Below are positions 19,744 to 31,100 of a stretch of DNA of 64,000 nucleotides, one piece after another. The stretch lies in IMG/VR virus record IMGVR_UViG_3300023106_000002, positions 1-64,000 of that record; one strand, 5' to 3'. Positions within the stretch are counted from its first letter, which is position 1, and every line of letters starts with the position of its first letter. The notes under the pieces are model-generated. The model was not told the origin of the DNA and searched no databases. It saw only the letters and a list, made by a program, of their open reading frames with translations. The position numbers and the translations under genes are program-made. Source of the stretch: a virus.

Positions 19744-22700
19744 TGGAAAACGAGAAACTTAATGTTATACAGCCAGGAAGTTTATCTACAGATACATCTC
19801 TTGTACTACAACCTAAAGGTAGTACAAGATTTGTGCTTAATGGTGTTAACGAAACAGATGAAGGAGATAAAGGATTTATAGCAAACGAAGAAAGTAATGA
19901 AATTTGTTATGAACTTCCAATCAATACTACACCTATTGGTAAGTTGAATGTAGGAAATGAAGATAAGTTATTATTCCTCGTTTCCAATTCAGGAGATTCA
20001 TTAATTGCTATTGCTGATAAGGAATGTAATCTAAGAGTATTATTTGATGATTCAAATCAAGTTGACAAACTTGGTTTTAAATTAAGTCATCAAATAGATG
20101 CTGTATTCAGATTGAGGAGAGGATGTGAAAGAATTGCTTATTGGGCAGATCCTAAAGTAAGATCATTAAACATTGACAAACTTGAAGAGTACAAAAACGA
20201 TTTAGGTGAATGGGATATTAATAGATTCAGTTTATCTAAGACATATAACTTAGTACCTAATATAGAAAGTATAACAGTTGCTGAAGGAGGTTTACTGCCA
20301 CCAGGAAGTTACAACATTAGTTTGCAATATATAGATGAGGACTTGAACTCTACAGAGTGGGTACTTACAACAAACACAATTAAAATATATAATGATAGTA
20401 TCAACAATACTTATAGTGAAATAAGAGGTAGTACTAACAAGGAAACTGTATATCAGAACTTTGGTAATACTAACAAAAGTATTCGTGTCGAATTGAGTAA
20501 TTTAGATCCTTCTTATGTCTTTTATAGGTTAGCTTTCATTGAGGCTACATCAGGAACAGGACTTATTACAGCAGTTAAATATACGCAGGAGATTCCTATT
20601 GAAATAAATAACTTTACATATACAGGTAATAACTTTGAATCAGAAGGAACAATCAATGAGATACTTGCCTTCAGAGAAATCATTGATGAAGCAGATCACA
20701 TTGAACAATTAGAAAATAAGTTATTGCTTGCTACTACAAAAGGAAGTCAAGTAAACTATTGTAATTTACAGAAGTATGCTTCTAAGATTACTGCTGATTT
20801 AGAGTTAAGAGAGATCGAACTTAATACTATTGCTCCAAGTAATCCTAAGAATCCTACAGTAGATATTGATGGAGTTGGGTATATGCCAGGCGAGATATAC
20901 TCAAAAGGTGTTGTATATGTTTTTGAAGATAATAGTATTAGTCCAGTATATCATATTCCTGGCAGGAACATTGCATACATTTCTAATATGTCATCAGATA
21001 ACAAATGTTTAGATAGCCTTTATACTGATAACAATAGTTGTGAATCAGGAGACTACTGGGGAGTTGACTCAGAAGGTGCTCCTTTAGTCAATCAAAAAGT
21101 AAGACATCATAGATTTCCATTAAGAAGTGATTTAAACTTACCTTTATTTCAACAGCAAATACTTAATAGTTCTACTACAAATGTAAACAAATTGTTTGTT
21201 AGAATTCAAGGTACAGTAACTTATACTACAGGTGAAACATATAGAGGAGTTGTATTCTTCGATGTTACTTATTCTATTGGTGGTACAAATACAACTAAGA
21301 GAGTTTCAGTTTCTTATGTTTATACCATGTCTGACTTTAACCCAGCGCCACAAGTATTCAAAGAATTTCTAATCGTAGAAAGCGATCAAGTTATTACTTT
21401 AGTATCTATGATAGAAGTTTATATAGAAGTTGATGAAGTAACAGAAGTAGCTGAAGCATCAGGTTTAGCAATTACTCAAACTGATGATGCATCTACTATA
21501 GATAAGAATATCATTAGATACTATACTCAAATCATGGGTATTAAGTTTGGAAACATTATTAAGCCTAGCTTAGAAGATACTAATGGTCTTGAAGTAATTG
21601 GATATTATTTTGTAAGGAATGAGAGAACTCAAGAAGAAAAAACAATACTTGATTCTGCTGTACTTACCCCATTACTAGAAGCACCTTTCTTTGTAGCTTC
21701 AGGACAGATCATGCCAAACTTTGAACAAAGAGATGTTGGTGGAGCAACTACTGCTGTAGAGAAAAGTATTAAGAAAGATATGTTTGGAATGATTCACCCT
21801 GAACATAAGTTCTTGGGTACAGAAGCAAAAAATGCTACACAGATAATTAAGCAAGGTGTATTCATCTTAACTGATGGTGACAGTCAAACAAAATCTTCAG
21901 TAGTTATTGAAGACGTTATGGCAGGAACTTCTTATGATAGAGAGATAGCATCAAGGAAAGAGAAAGATGGAGATGGATTTTCATTACATACACTTACAAG
22001 AGATTCCTATGTTAACTACAATTATGTAAATGAACCATTTGCTTCTGATGCTGGTATAAAAGAAATCTTTTACTTGGATGCGCTTAACAGTAAAACTATT
22101 ACTGATTCGCAAAATGTAAAGAAAGAAGTGTTCAATACATCTTCTGATAATAAGATAGGCATAGTATCCATTGCTACTGAGAAAGATCAGAATGAAACAT
22201 ACAAAAGATTACCTTATGTAATACTTAAAAGACAGAGTAGCAATCCTTATGCTAACTTCAGAGTATTACCTTATTATAAGTCATCAAATAACTTACATAG
22301 TTTTGATGAAGAACCTGTAATATTTAATGGAGATAGTTATGTTACTCCTATGCGTTATAGTACTTCTAATTACTATGATTTAAGATTGAGAAGAAGAGCA
22401 ACAAAAGGAGGAATCTTAAATATTGTGTTAGGTGCTATTGCAGTAATTGTAGGAGTCATACTAACAATCTATGGAGGTGGTGCAGCAGGAGGACTTTTAA
22501 TATCTTATGGTGTATCATCCATTTCATCGGGTATATCAAAAGAGAATATTTCACGTGTATATAATGAACTTTATGAAGCAGGTCTAAGAGAATGCGTAAA
22601 AGATGTAGATGCAGTTTATGTCTTTTCAGCAAATCCTGATGATGATGAGTTTCAATGGATGGGTGATACAGTAACTAATCTTTGGTTTGAAAGTTCTATT

Positions 22701-24551
22701 AACATGGGACTCAGACAAGGAAGTAGTATAGGTATGCCTGATTTCTTGAACTCACCAGTAGAACAATCACCAGCAGGATTGTTTGCAAGTTTCTTAAATA
22801 GCTTCAATGACTTAATGAACTTCTCATCGACTTCTCCCCAAAACGATCTTGATAAATATCTTCTTGATAAGTTGACTGTACTTGATGCAGAGAAAGGTAA
22901 TGGAAGATTGTATAAAGGATATGCTAGTTCAGAGATATATGAAATTAATCTCGATTACATGCGTATTAACAAAGAGAAGATATTTAGTCATCTTGGACTT
23001 GAGTATGATTGTTGTTCAGATTGTAATGAAAACTTTCCTCACAGATGGTATTGGTCACTTGATTCTTTTCAAGAAGAACTTACTGATAACTATAGAATCT
23101 TTTTACCTAATAACTACAAAGACCTTGAAGGTGATACTGGAAAGATAACTGATCTGTTTAAGATACAAGATAAGTTATTCATTCATACTGAAGATGCATT
23201 ATGGGAAGTACCTGTAAGCAGACAGGAAAGAGTTACAGGTGAAATTATATCTTATATAGGTACAGGTGAGTTTGCATCATTACCTGCTAGAAAGATAGTA
23301 GATGATAATAATAGTTCAGCAGGATGTTCACATAAATGGGCAACACTTAAAACTAAGTATGGAGTATTATTTGCATCGCATAAAGAAAAGAAATGGTATA
23401 TCTTTGATGGTCAACAACTAAGTGCTATATCTGATTCAATGATGTTTAACTATTTTAAACAGAACATGAAGTTTCTTATTGAAGATGCATACTATAAAGC
23501 AAACAAGAAGAACTATCCTTATATTAATAATCCATCTAATCTCTTAGGTACAGGATACATTTCAGTATATGATACTAAGAAAGAAAGATTGATTATTACT
23601 AAGAAAGATTTCATAATTGAAAATTTACCAGCATCTGATTATGAACTTTGTAATGAAGGAGATGCTCCAGTAATCTTTAAGAACTTCTCATCTATAATTG
23701 AGAATATGCTTGCAGATGATTTTATATACACAGGTATCATAAACTGTCAGATGGTATTTAGAAAAACTACAACTGTAGATGATGAAATAATTACAGAATA
23801 TGACTATGTAGATGGAGAACCTATTGAAGGTAATACTTATGATAACAGTTTCACTTTAAGTTATTCATTGAAAGATAAGAAGTGGGTATCATGGCATAGC
23901 TACTTACCTAATTTTTATTTATATGTACAAGAGAAGTTTTATTCTTGGAAGACAGGATTGTCTGCATTATGGAAACATAACAGACTAAATCATTATCAGA
24001 CTTTCTATGGAGAATTCAAACCTTTCATTGTTGAGTATGTTGATGGTAACAATCCATTGGTTACTAAAGTATGGGAGAGTTTGAAACTTAATACAGAAGC
24101 TAAACAATGGAATGAAGATACTGAATCATTTGTAGATAAACGATATGTTACTTTCAATAAAGTATTAGTATATAATACAGAACAGATAAGTGGTATATTA
24201 GATTTGATGTATAAAACAGAAGATGCAAACTATATTAATAATCAGATCACAAACTCAGCAACATCTATTCCTATTGATAGGAATGAACGTGACTGGTCAT
24301 TAAATGAGTTGAGAGATATAAGCGTAGATGCATCAGTACCTATGTTCAATAAAAACTTAATAGAAATTCAGAATGATTATTTCATTGATAAAATTGTCAA
24401 TCCTAATCGAATAAATTATAATAAAGACTGGATGCAAATGACAAGTTTTAGGGATAAATTCTTGGTTATTAGATTAATATTCGATACTTTTGATGACACA
24501 AGATTAATTATGAATTTTTCTATTCAAGATACAGAAGTATCAGAAAGATAG
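19743..24551 (+). CDS. Tail stabilization/muzzle protein (P22 gp10-like position)
   Basis: 1602 aa; GYMPGEIY, VRHHRFP, FTLSYS...WVSWHSYLP and FRDKFLVIRL motifs typical of the crAss muzzle. Confidence 0.78.
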   Translation: MENEKLNVIQPGSLSTDTSLVLQPKGSTRFVLNGVNETDEGDKGFIANEESNEICYELPINTTPIGKLNVGNEDKLLFLVSNSGDSLIAIADKECNLRVLFDDSNQVDKLGFKLSHQIDAVFRLRRGCERIAYWADPKVRSLNIDKLEEYKNDLGEWDINRFSLSKTYNLVPNIESITVAEGGLLPPGSYNISLQYIDEDLNSTEWVLTTNTIKIYNDSINNTYSEIRGSTNKETVYQNFGNTNKSIRVELSNLDPSYVFYRLAFIEATSGTGLITAVKYTQEIPIEINNFTYTGNNFESEGTINEILAFREIIDEADHIEQLENKLLLATTKGSQVNYCNLQKYASKITADLELREIELNTIAPSNPKNPTVDIDGVGYMPGEIYSKGVVYVFEDNSISPVYHIPGRNIAYISNMSSDNKCLDSLYTDNNSCESGDYWGVDSEGAPLVNQKVRHHRFPLRSDLNLPLFQQQILNSSTTNVNKLFVRIQGTVTYTTGETYRGVVFFDVTYSIGGTNTTKRVSVSYVYTMSDFNPAPQVFKEFLIVESDQVITLVSMIEVYIEVDEVTEVAEASGLAITQTDDASTIDKNIIRYYTQIMGIKFGNIIKPSLEDTNGLEVIGYYFVRNERTQEEKTILDSAVLTPLLEAPFFVASGQIMPNFEQRDVGGATTAVEKSIKKDMFGMIHPEHKFLGTEAKNATQIIKQGVFILTDGDSQTKSSVVIEDVMAGTSYDREIASRKEKDGDGFSLHTLTRDSYVNYNYVNEPFASDAGIKEIFYLDALNSKTITDSQNVKKEVFNTSSDNKIGIVSIATEKDQNETYKRLPYVILKRQSSNPYANFRVLPYYKSSNNLHSFDEEPVIFNGDSYVTPMRYSTSNYYDLRLRRRATKGGILNIVLGAIAVIVGVILTIYGGGAAGGLLISYGVSSISSGISKENISRVYNELYEAGLRECVKDVDAVYVFSANPDDDEFQWMGDTVTNLWFESSINMGLRQGSSIGMPDFLNSPVEQSPAGLFASFLNSFNDLMNFSSTSPQNDLDKYLLDKLTVLDAEKGNGRLYKGYASSEIYEINLDYMRINKEKIFSHLGLEYDCCSDCNENFPHRWYWSLDSFQEELTDNYRIFLPNNYKDLEGDTGKITDLFKIQDKLFIHTEDALWEVPVSRQERVTGEIISYIGTGEFASLPARKIVDDNNSSAGCSHKWATLKTKYGVLFASHKEKKWYIFDGQQLSAISDSMMFNYFKQNMKFLIEDAYYKANKKNYPYINNPSNLLGTGYISVYDTKKERLIITKKDFIIENLPASDYELCNEGDAPVIFKNFSSIIENMLADDFIYTGIINCQMVFRKTTTVDDEIITEYDYVDGEPIEGNTYDNSFTLSYSLKDKKWVSWHSYLPNFYLYVQEKFYSWKTGLSALWKHNRLNHYQTFYGEFKPFIVEYVDGNNPLVTKVWESLKLNTEAKQWNEDTESFVDKRYVTFNKVLVYNTEQISGILDLMYKTEDANYINNQITNSATSIPIDRNERDWSLNELRDISVDASVPMFNKNLIEIQNDYFIDKIVNPNRINYNKDWMQMTSFRDKFLVIRLIFDTFDDTRLIMNFSIQDTEVSER
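24462..24492 (+). promoter_or_regulatory. Putative host sigma-A promoter for ejection-protein genes (inside muzzle 3' end)
   Basis: TTG 24462-24464, 20-nt spacer, TACTTTTG 24485-24492. Confidence 0.45.
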
Positions 24552-24574
24552 TATAACTTTATAAAACATCACAC

Positions 24575-26011
24575 ATGAAGAAGAAATATGGTAATGGTAC
24601 AGGTAGATTAGGTTCTTCATATATTGAAGACCCTGCTACTGCATTAGCAAAGAACAGCATCAACATTGCTAAAGCACAGCAAAGTGCTGCTGATAATAAT
24701 TTACTTCCAATACTTACAATGATGGGAGGATTACTATCACAAGGAGCAAGTATGTTTGGTAAGAAAGAAGGTGAAGATTCATCAACTGAGAATCCATTAC
24801 TTACATCAACACAACAAGGTATAGCTGCTTTTGGTAGCAATGGTAACAGACCTATTGATGAAGTTGAAGGAGGAGAAGTAGTTGAAACACCTGATGGACA
24901 AACTAATAAGATCAAAGGTGCTTCTCATGAAAATGGTGGAGTAGATGTTACTATGCCTTCAGGTACTCGTGTATATTCTAAACGATTAGAGAAGTTTGGT
25001 GAAAGCATGGCTGACAGGAAACTTAAACGTGAGAATCGTAAAGCTAATCTTGAGAAGTTATTAACTAAGAGTCCAAATGATTTAGCGTTAAAGAACAGCC
25101 ACAGTAGAAGCGTATCAATATTAGATGCTGAAGAAGAAGAAGATTTAAGAATGCAAGAGATGTATGGAATGCTTGCAGGAGTTGCTGAGTTTGCTTATGG
25201 TACTGGTCCTGATGGAACAGATGATGATTTACTTGGTGTACAAGATGATGATCTTATTAATAAGTATAATAGTGGTAACCCTATCTTATCAGACTTTCTC
25301 GCACCAGCACAGAATGATATTAGTGGTGATGCTGCTTCAGGGTCAGAATCCCCTAATAATCTGAAATCTTCTCTTGCTGGTTTGATGCCCATGCTTGGAA
25401 ATGCTGTTGGACTTGGTGGTAATATGATTAGTACTTTTGGTCCAATGCGTAACACTTTAGCAAGTAGAGCATCAGATACACCTAACATCAATGCATTTGA
25501 AAACTTTGGTAAAGATGCTATAGATGCTAATTTAGAATCTATGGAATTTGCTGCTTCACAGAAAGCAAGTTCACTTAATAGAATTCGTTCACAAGCAAAT
25601 GGTGCTAAGAGAGCAGGAAGAAATTCAGCAAGAGGAGTAAATCAAATGCGAGCATTGGACTTAGCTACTGAGATGAATGTCAATGAAGCTAATCAAGGTG
25701 CTAATGATAGTTTTTCAAGAACTATGATGGAACTCATGAATGCTAAATCTCAACTTGAAAACATGCAGGACTCAGCAGTGATGCAAGGAGAAGCTGCTCG
25801 TGATATGAATGACAGGAAAGATAAAGATAACTTCTATACCAATAGAGGTAAAGACATTGCTACTATGGGTGAAGGTATTCAACGTACTGGTAAGGACATA
25901 AATGCTGTTGCTCAAAACGAAATGATTATGAAGATGATAAATCAGTTATCTAAATATGGTATTGGTTTTGATAAAGAAGGAAACTTAATCGATCAAAATA
26001 AAACGAAATAA
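24575..26011 (+). CDS. Internal virion cargo/ejection protein
   Basis: EVEGGEVV...GASHENGGV motif, Gly/Met-rich amphipathic segments; first gene after the muzzle. Confidence 0.62.
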   Translation: MKKKYGNGTGRLGSSYIEDPATALAKNSINIAKAQQSAADNNLLPILTMMGGLLSQGASMFGKKEGEDSSTENPLLTSTQQGIAAFGSNGNRPIDEVEGGEVVETPDGQTNKIKGASHENGGVDVTMPSGTRVYSKRLEKFGESMADRKLKRENRKANLEKLLTKSPNDLALKNSHSRSVSILDAEEEEDLRMQEMYGMLAGVAEFAYGTGPDGTDDDLLGVQDDDLINKYNSGNPILSDFLAPAQNDISGDAASGSESPNNLKSSLAGLMPMLGNAVGLGGNMISTFGPMRNTLASRASDTPNINAFENFGKDAIDANLESMEFAASQKASSLNRIRSQANGAKRAGRNSARGVNQMRALDLATEMNVNEANQGANDSFSRTMMELMNAKSQLENMQDSAVMQGEAARDMNDRKDKDNFYTNRGKDIATMGEGIQRTGKDINAVAQNEMIMKMINQLSKYGIGFDKEGNLIDQNKTK

Positions 26012-26014
26012 CAG

Positions 26015-28171
26015 ATGGGTCAATTTTATGATACTACAGCAGGTAGATTTGTAGATGATAAGATGTTTCAAGCACCTTATCAATTAGCACAAGCTGTTAT
26101 TGGAAACAAAGATAAAGCAATAGATACTGAAATAGCATCTGCTGTTTCTTTGTATGATAAACTTTCCGCAGATGTATTACAACAAGATAATCCACGAGCA
26201 AAGGAAATTGTAGCAGGATATGAATCAAAGATAAATGATATAGTAACCAACATACAAAAGAATCCACTAGAATTTAGTAAGTATGGAAGAGACATCAGAG
26301 GGATGGGTAGAGCAATCAACAAGGATTGGAACATGGGTGAAATTCATACTATGCAAACCAATAAAAAGAAACTTGTTGATTATTACAATGAACTTGATGA
26401 TTTACATAAAAAAGATCCGAATCAATTTGATGGAACTTATATTACTTCGATGAAAGCAAATGCTCTCAAAAATTATCAAGAAGGAGCAGGATATAATGTT
26501 AATAGAGGAATAGCTACTAACAACATAAATGTTGATAACGCAACAGCACTTCCAAACTTATTTGAAACTTTTTCAAAGGCAGCAGATAAGATGACTGCTG
26601 ATGGCTACAAGATTGAGAAAGCTAGTAAAGGAGATGGTTATATATATAAGGTAGGAAATGAAACAAAAGAACTCACAAAACAAAAACTTCTTGAAGCATT
26701 TAGTTCTTGGGCACAAGGACAAGATGGTGCTAATGCTGCTATTCAACAACGTAAATCTTTAGGACTTGCTGGATTTGAAGATGCAGATGTAAATAATATT
26801 ATCAAGTATGGTAAAGATGCTAAAGGAAATACTATTGTAAATCCTTCAGATAACTACTATGGTAGAAATGCTGAAGCTATTGCAAATACTTTCTTTAGTA
26901 AGAATACTACTCATGAAGAAGATATTAACTCAGATGCAACATGGTTAGCTAATCGAGCAAGAGCAGATAAGAAAGAAGAAGATGCTTATGAAACTGTAGA
27001 TACTTCTTTTGATAGAGTGTATACAACTGATGCTGGTAGCTTACCTGCATTTAGAACAGCACTTGATAAAACAAATACTGCACTTGTATCTGTTAAAACA
27101 GAAGCAGGACAAATGGCTCAGCAACTTGGTATTAAGCCAGGTAGTCAGGCATACAATGAAGTACAAAATGGAAACTTTGCTGTACTTGCTGCAAGAGGTG
27201 CTACTAAAGAATGGATTGATGAAAAGACATCTCAATATAGACAGAACTCTGCTAGAAAAGTTGTGCTCGATGCGCAGATGATTTCTTTTGCAGATTATGC
27301 TAAAAAGAATAAACTTCAAAATGCTGATAAGATTGGAACACTAGGTTGGTCAAATGATAAAAGACTTAGTGAATCTTATAAAAAATACATTGAAGATAGT
27401 AATATCAAGAAAGAAACTGATGTAAACTTGAAACTTACATTCAATGGTATGAATATGAATAAAGCATTGCACAAAGAATATAGAGATACCTTTATGCAGA
27501 ATGCTGATAATCTTGTTTACAAAGTTGAAGGTACTGCTAAGGGTGGTGAAGAAGTTAGAGAAAGAATGGATGGTACTAAAATTGTTTATACAAATGATCC
27601 TAAGAAAGCTAATCAATTCAAGAACTATAAAGATAAAGGTGGTAAAACTTTATATAGTGCGCGATACTACTATGTACCTGATGGACAACTTACAGTAGGT
27701 AGGATGGTACAAGATGGTGTGCTTACAAAAGAGATTACTCAAAAGCAAAGTGCTTCAGGAGACGATGAAGAAGAACAAACAGTATATCAAGGATTTAGTG
27801 GAGGTAAGAAAGTAGGGTTTACTATTGATGAAAAAACATTAGGATTAGTAAGTGGATATGATGATTCAGGAAAAGCTAATCTTGGCGCTAAAGTTATCTT
27901 TGGTAACAATAGCGGTACTCTTACTTTTGATGCTAAACAACTTAATTCACCTACACTTCGTCAAGGAATACAAGATAGACAAGAAGATTTTGAATTTGAT
28001 TTGTTAGATAATCAAACAAATTGGAAAGCACTTAATGTATCTAAGAACATTGAAGGAAATGTTTATAGTGTAAAAAACGGTAAAGCCTATATTGATGGTA
28101 GAGCAGTTGGTAGCGCAGCAGATACAAGAGCAGTTAAAATGATAGTATTAGGATATTACTCAAAACAATAA
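26015..28171 (+). CDS. Internal virion cargo/ejection protein
   Basis: 718 aa, helical N-terminus, between cargo gene and vRNAP. Confidence 0.55.
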   Translation: MGQFYDTTAGRFVDDKMFQAPYQLAQAVIGNKDKAIDTEIASAVSLYDKLSADVLQQDNPRAKEIVAGYESKINDIVTNIQKNPLEFSKYGRDIRGMGRAINKDWNMGEIHTMQTNKKKLVDYYNELDDLHKKDPNQFDGTYITSMKANALKNYQEGAGYNVNRGIATNNINVDNATALPNLFETFSKAADKMTADGYKIEKASKGDGYIYKVGNETKELTKQKLLEAFSSWAQGQDGANAAIQQRKSLGLAGFEDADVNNIIKYGKDAKGNTIVNPSDNYYGRNAEAIANTFFSKNTTHEEDINSDATWLANRARADKKEEDAYETVDTSFDRVYTTDAGSLPAFRTALDKTNTALVSVKTEAGQMAQQLGIKPGSQAYNEVQNGNFAVLAARGATKEWIDEKTSQYRQNSARKVVLDAQMISFADYAKKNKLQNADKIGTLGWSNDKRLSESYKKYIEDSNIKKETDVNLKLTFNGMNMNKALHKEYRDTFMQNADNLVYKVEGTAKGGEEVRERMDGTKIVYTNDPKKANQFKNYKDKGGKTLYSARYYYVPDGQLTVGRMVQDGVLTKEITQKQSASGDDEEEQTVYQGFSGGKKVGFTIDEKTLGLVSGYDDSGKANLGAKVIFGNNSGTLTFDAKQLNSPTLRQGIQDRQEDFEFDLLDNQTNWKALNVSKNIEGNVYSVKNGKAYIDGRAVGSAADTRAVKMIVLGYYSKQ

Positions 28172-28178
28172 TAATTAT

Positions 28179-31100
28179 ATGCTTCAACCTAAGTTATTTA
28201 ATAGAAAATTAGCGGAAATTCAAGGAAAGTCTCAAAGTGGTTTATCAATTGAGAGTGCTGCAGGAGCAGTTGGTTTAGATCAAGAAGAAATCAATTCTTC
28301 TGATACTAGATATGGAAACGTTGATGCTACAATTTTAAGTCAATTTATGTCTACTGCTGATAAGCAAGCATTAGACTATCAGAATTCTGTTGCTAAACAA
28401 GAGATTGATTTAGTAAATAAGAAAGAAGTTGACGATGCTGTAAAACAACTTGATGATACAGATAAGACTATTAAAGAACTTGAATCTAATAAAGACAATT
28501 ATGATACTATTACAAATCCTTTAGAAGTAAGTTCTATTGGACCAAAGAGTACATTAGGTTCACAGAAGATTAAGCCTGAAGTACAACAACAAATTGATGC
28601 TCTTAAATCACAGAAAGCAGAACTCGCTACTCAATTTGAAGGACATCCTGAACTTGAAAATATTACTCAGAAGATTGCGACTCTTGAAAACAAGTATCGT
28701 AACTATAAAGGTGCTCAAACAGATACTGATTTTACAAGCAATCCTTTCATGTGGGCACAAGAAGGAGTTCAAAACACTACTGCAAACATTGTAAACGCAT
28801 TCACTAATCCTGAGAAGTCAATGACACCTAAGGAGAAGATTGAATACAATAAACTTATTTCACAAAGAGATACTTTTTACAAACCTATTGCTGCTAAAAA
28901 AGCACAGGAAAGAGAGAATGAAGCTATTAATTTAGGTGCTGCTCTATATGAAGCAAACACTTCAGGAGGTAGAACTGTAGGAGATAGAATTAGATTGTTT
29001 ACTGCAAAGCGTAAAGCTGAATTAAGTAAACAAGAACTTGATGCTTATATTAATGGTGAAGGAGGTAGTGATGCTTTCTTTAGAAAACTTGGTATGTACA
29101 CAGCTTCTTCTCAAGGAGGTGGTGCAGAAGATGCTGTTCAAAATATATCAGATTATGTATTTAAGAATGAACTTCAAGAGAAATCTGACAAGGTAGGATA
29201 TGATAATTTAAGCAAAGAAGAAAAAGACTTGTTATATACTTATGCTTCAACAGATGAAGATAAATCTTTCTTAGCAGATAAACAGAAATGGTCTTATGGT
29301 TTGGTAGATCAAACTATGCACTCTATGGGATTTGTTAGAGACATTGTATTAGCAGATGCTTTATCAGGTGGTTTACTTACAGCAGTATTACCTGAAGGAA
29401 GTGCAGCATTAGGAGCAGGAAGAATTGCTTTGGAAGCAGGTGCTAGAGCAAGAAGAGGAGGAATGCTTCAAATCGGAGGAGCAAGAGTAGCAGCTAATGT
29501 AGTTGCAACAGGAGCAAAAGCTGCTAGATTTGGTGCATCTACTTTATTACAAAATCACATGAATCCTGAATATCTTAACAACGAGATGATGAAAGGATCT
29601 TATGTTGAGAGAGATGAAGATGGTAATGTAAAAAACATCTTAGTAAAAGATGGTTATTATAATTACATGAAAGATGTATATAAAGATACTGCTATTGCTT
29701 ATGATACAGAAGCTAAACAATTAGAACAAAAAGAAAACAAAACAGCAGAAGATCAAGAAAGATTAAACTATTTACAAGTCAAATTAGGTATTACTAACGA
29801 TGTTGGTGAACACAGTTTAGCTGAAGAACTTGAAACATTCAAACCTTTATCAGGTGCTAGTGCTGAACTTGCTGCATTTGGTAAGATGGGTTCAGAAAGA
29901 ATTGCTGAAATATATACAGAGAAGTTGTTAAGAGGACTTGGTAAACAAGTTGTAAAACTTCCAGGAGTAGGTAAGTATGCTACTAAACTTGAAACAAAAC
30001 TTAATGATGTAAACTCAGCTTTTAAAAACACTAAAGTTGGTAGATTATATAATTCATTAAGTGCTAATACTCGTAGAGTACTTAATGATGGTAATGGAAA
30101 TCCTATAGTAAACTCTTTACCTACTGAGGTAATAGAAGAGTATGTTACAGCAGGATTGAATTCTGTACAAGACAGAGATTTAAAAGAGTTGCATGATATG
30201 TTTGATGTACAAGCAAATGTTGACATTGCTGCACAAACATTTCTTATGACAAGTATGTTTGGTTTATCAGGTAATGTTCAAACTAATTCTAAGTTAATGT
30301 TGAACAAACTTGCTAACAAAAGAATATCAGAAGCTGAAGCAAGAGTTAAATCAATGGATAAGACTTCACCTGAGTATGCTGATAAAGTTGCTGAACTAGA
30401 AGAACTTAAAAAGAATCCTTATGTAGGATCATCTGCTGTTAAGTTAATTGCTGGAACAGATGATGCTTCTTTTCAAGGAACTCGTAATTATATTGATACT
30501 CGTAATCAAGTAAGAAATAGTATCAAAGAACTCAAAGCAGCTAATCAAGATTCAGATGTAAATCGAATAGTTGATTTGATGAGTACATCAGGTTTCTCAT
30601 CATCTGAAATAAAAACTAAGATAGCAGCATTGAAAGCTGAAGGTAAAGATAAAGAAGCTAAAAGTCTTGAATCAACTATGTTTCAAACATTAGTATTTGA
30701 TGCTTTTAAAGGAGGAGTTCAAGATGAATTGCAAACTGCTTTAGGTAAGATGCAAAAGAATACAAAGCTTTCAGAAGATACTAGATTAGCAGCAAACAAA
30801 GCAGAACAGAACTTAGATGCTTTAAGCAAAGTATATGAAAGATATAAAGATAAACCTAATATTGGAGCAATCACTAACTTTGCTTATGAAAAATTAGTTT
30901 TACGTCAAGGTGCTGATGAAGTATCTACAGAACAAGCAAATATTTCAGAACAAGTTAATGATGAGATAAAAGCATATACTCAAGCTACAGGAAATTATCC
31001 TCCTGCTGGTACATCATTAAGTAATATGTTTACTGCTACTTTTGAAGATGCTACTCAACAAGCACGATATGATAAGTTTCTTGATGGATTGTTAAACTAT

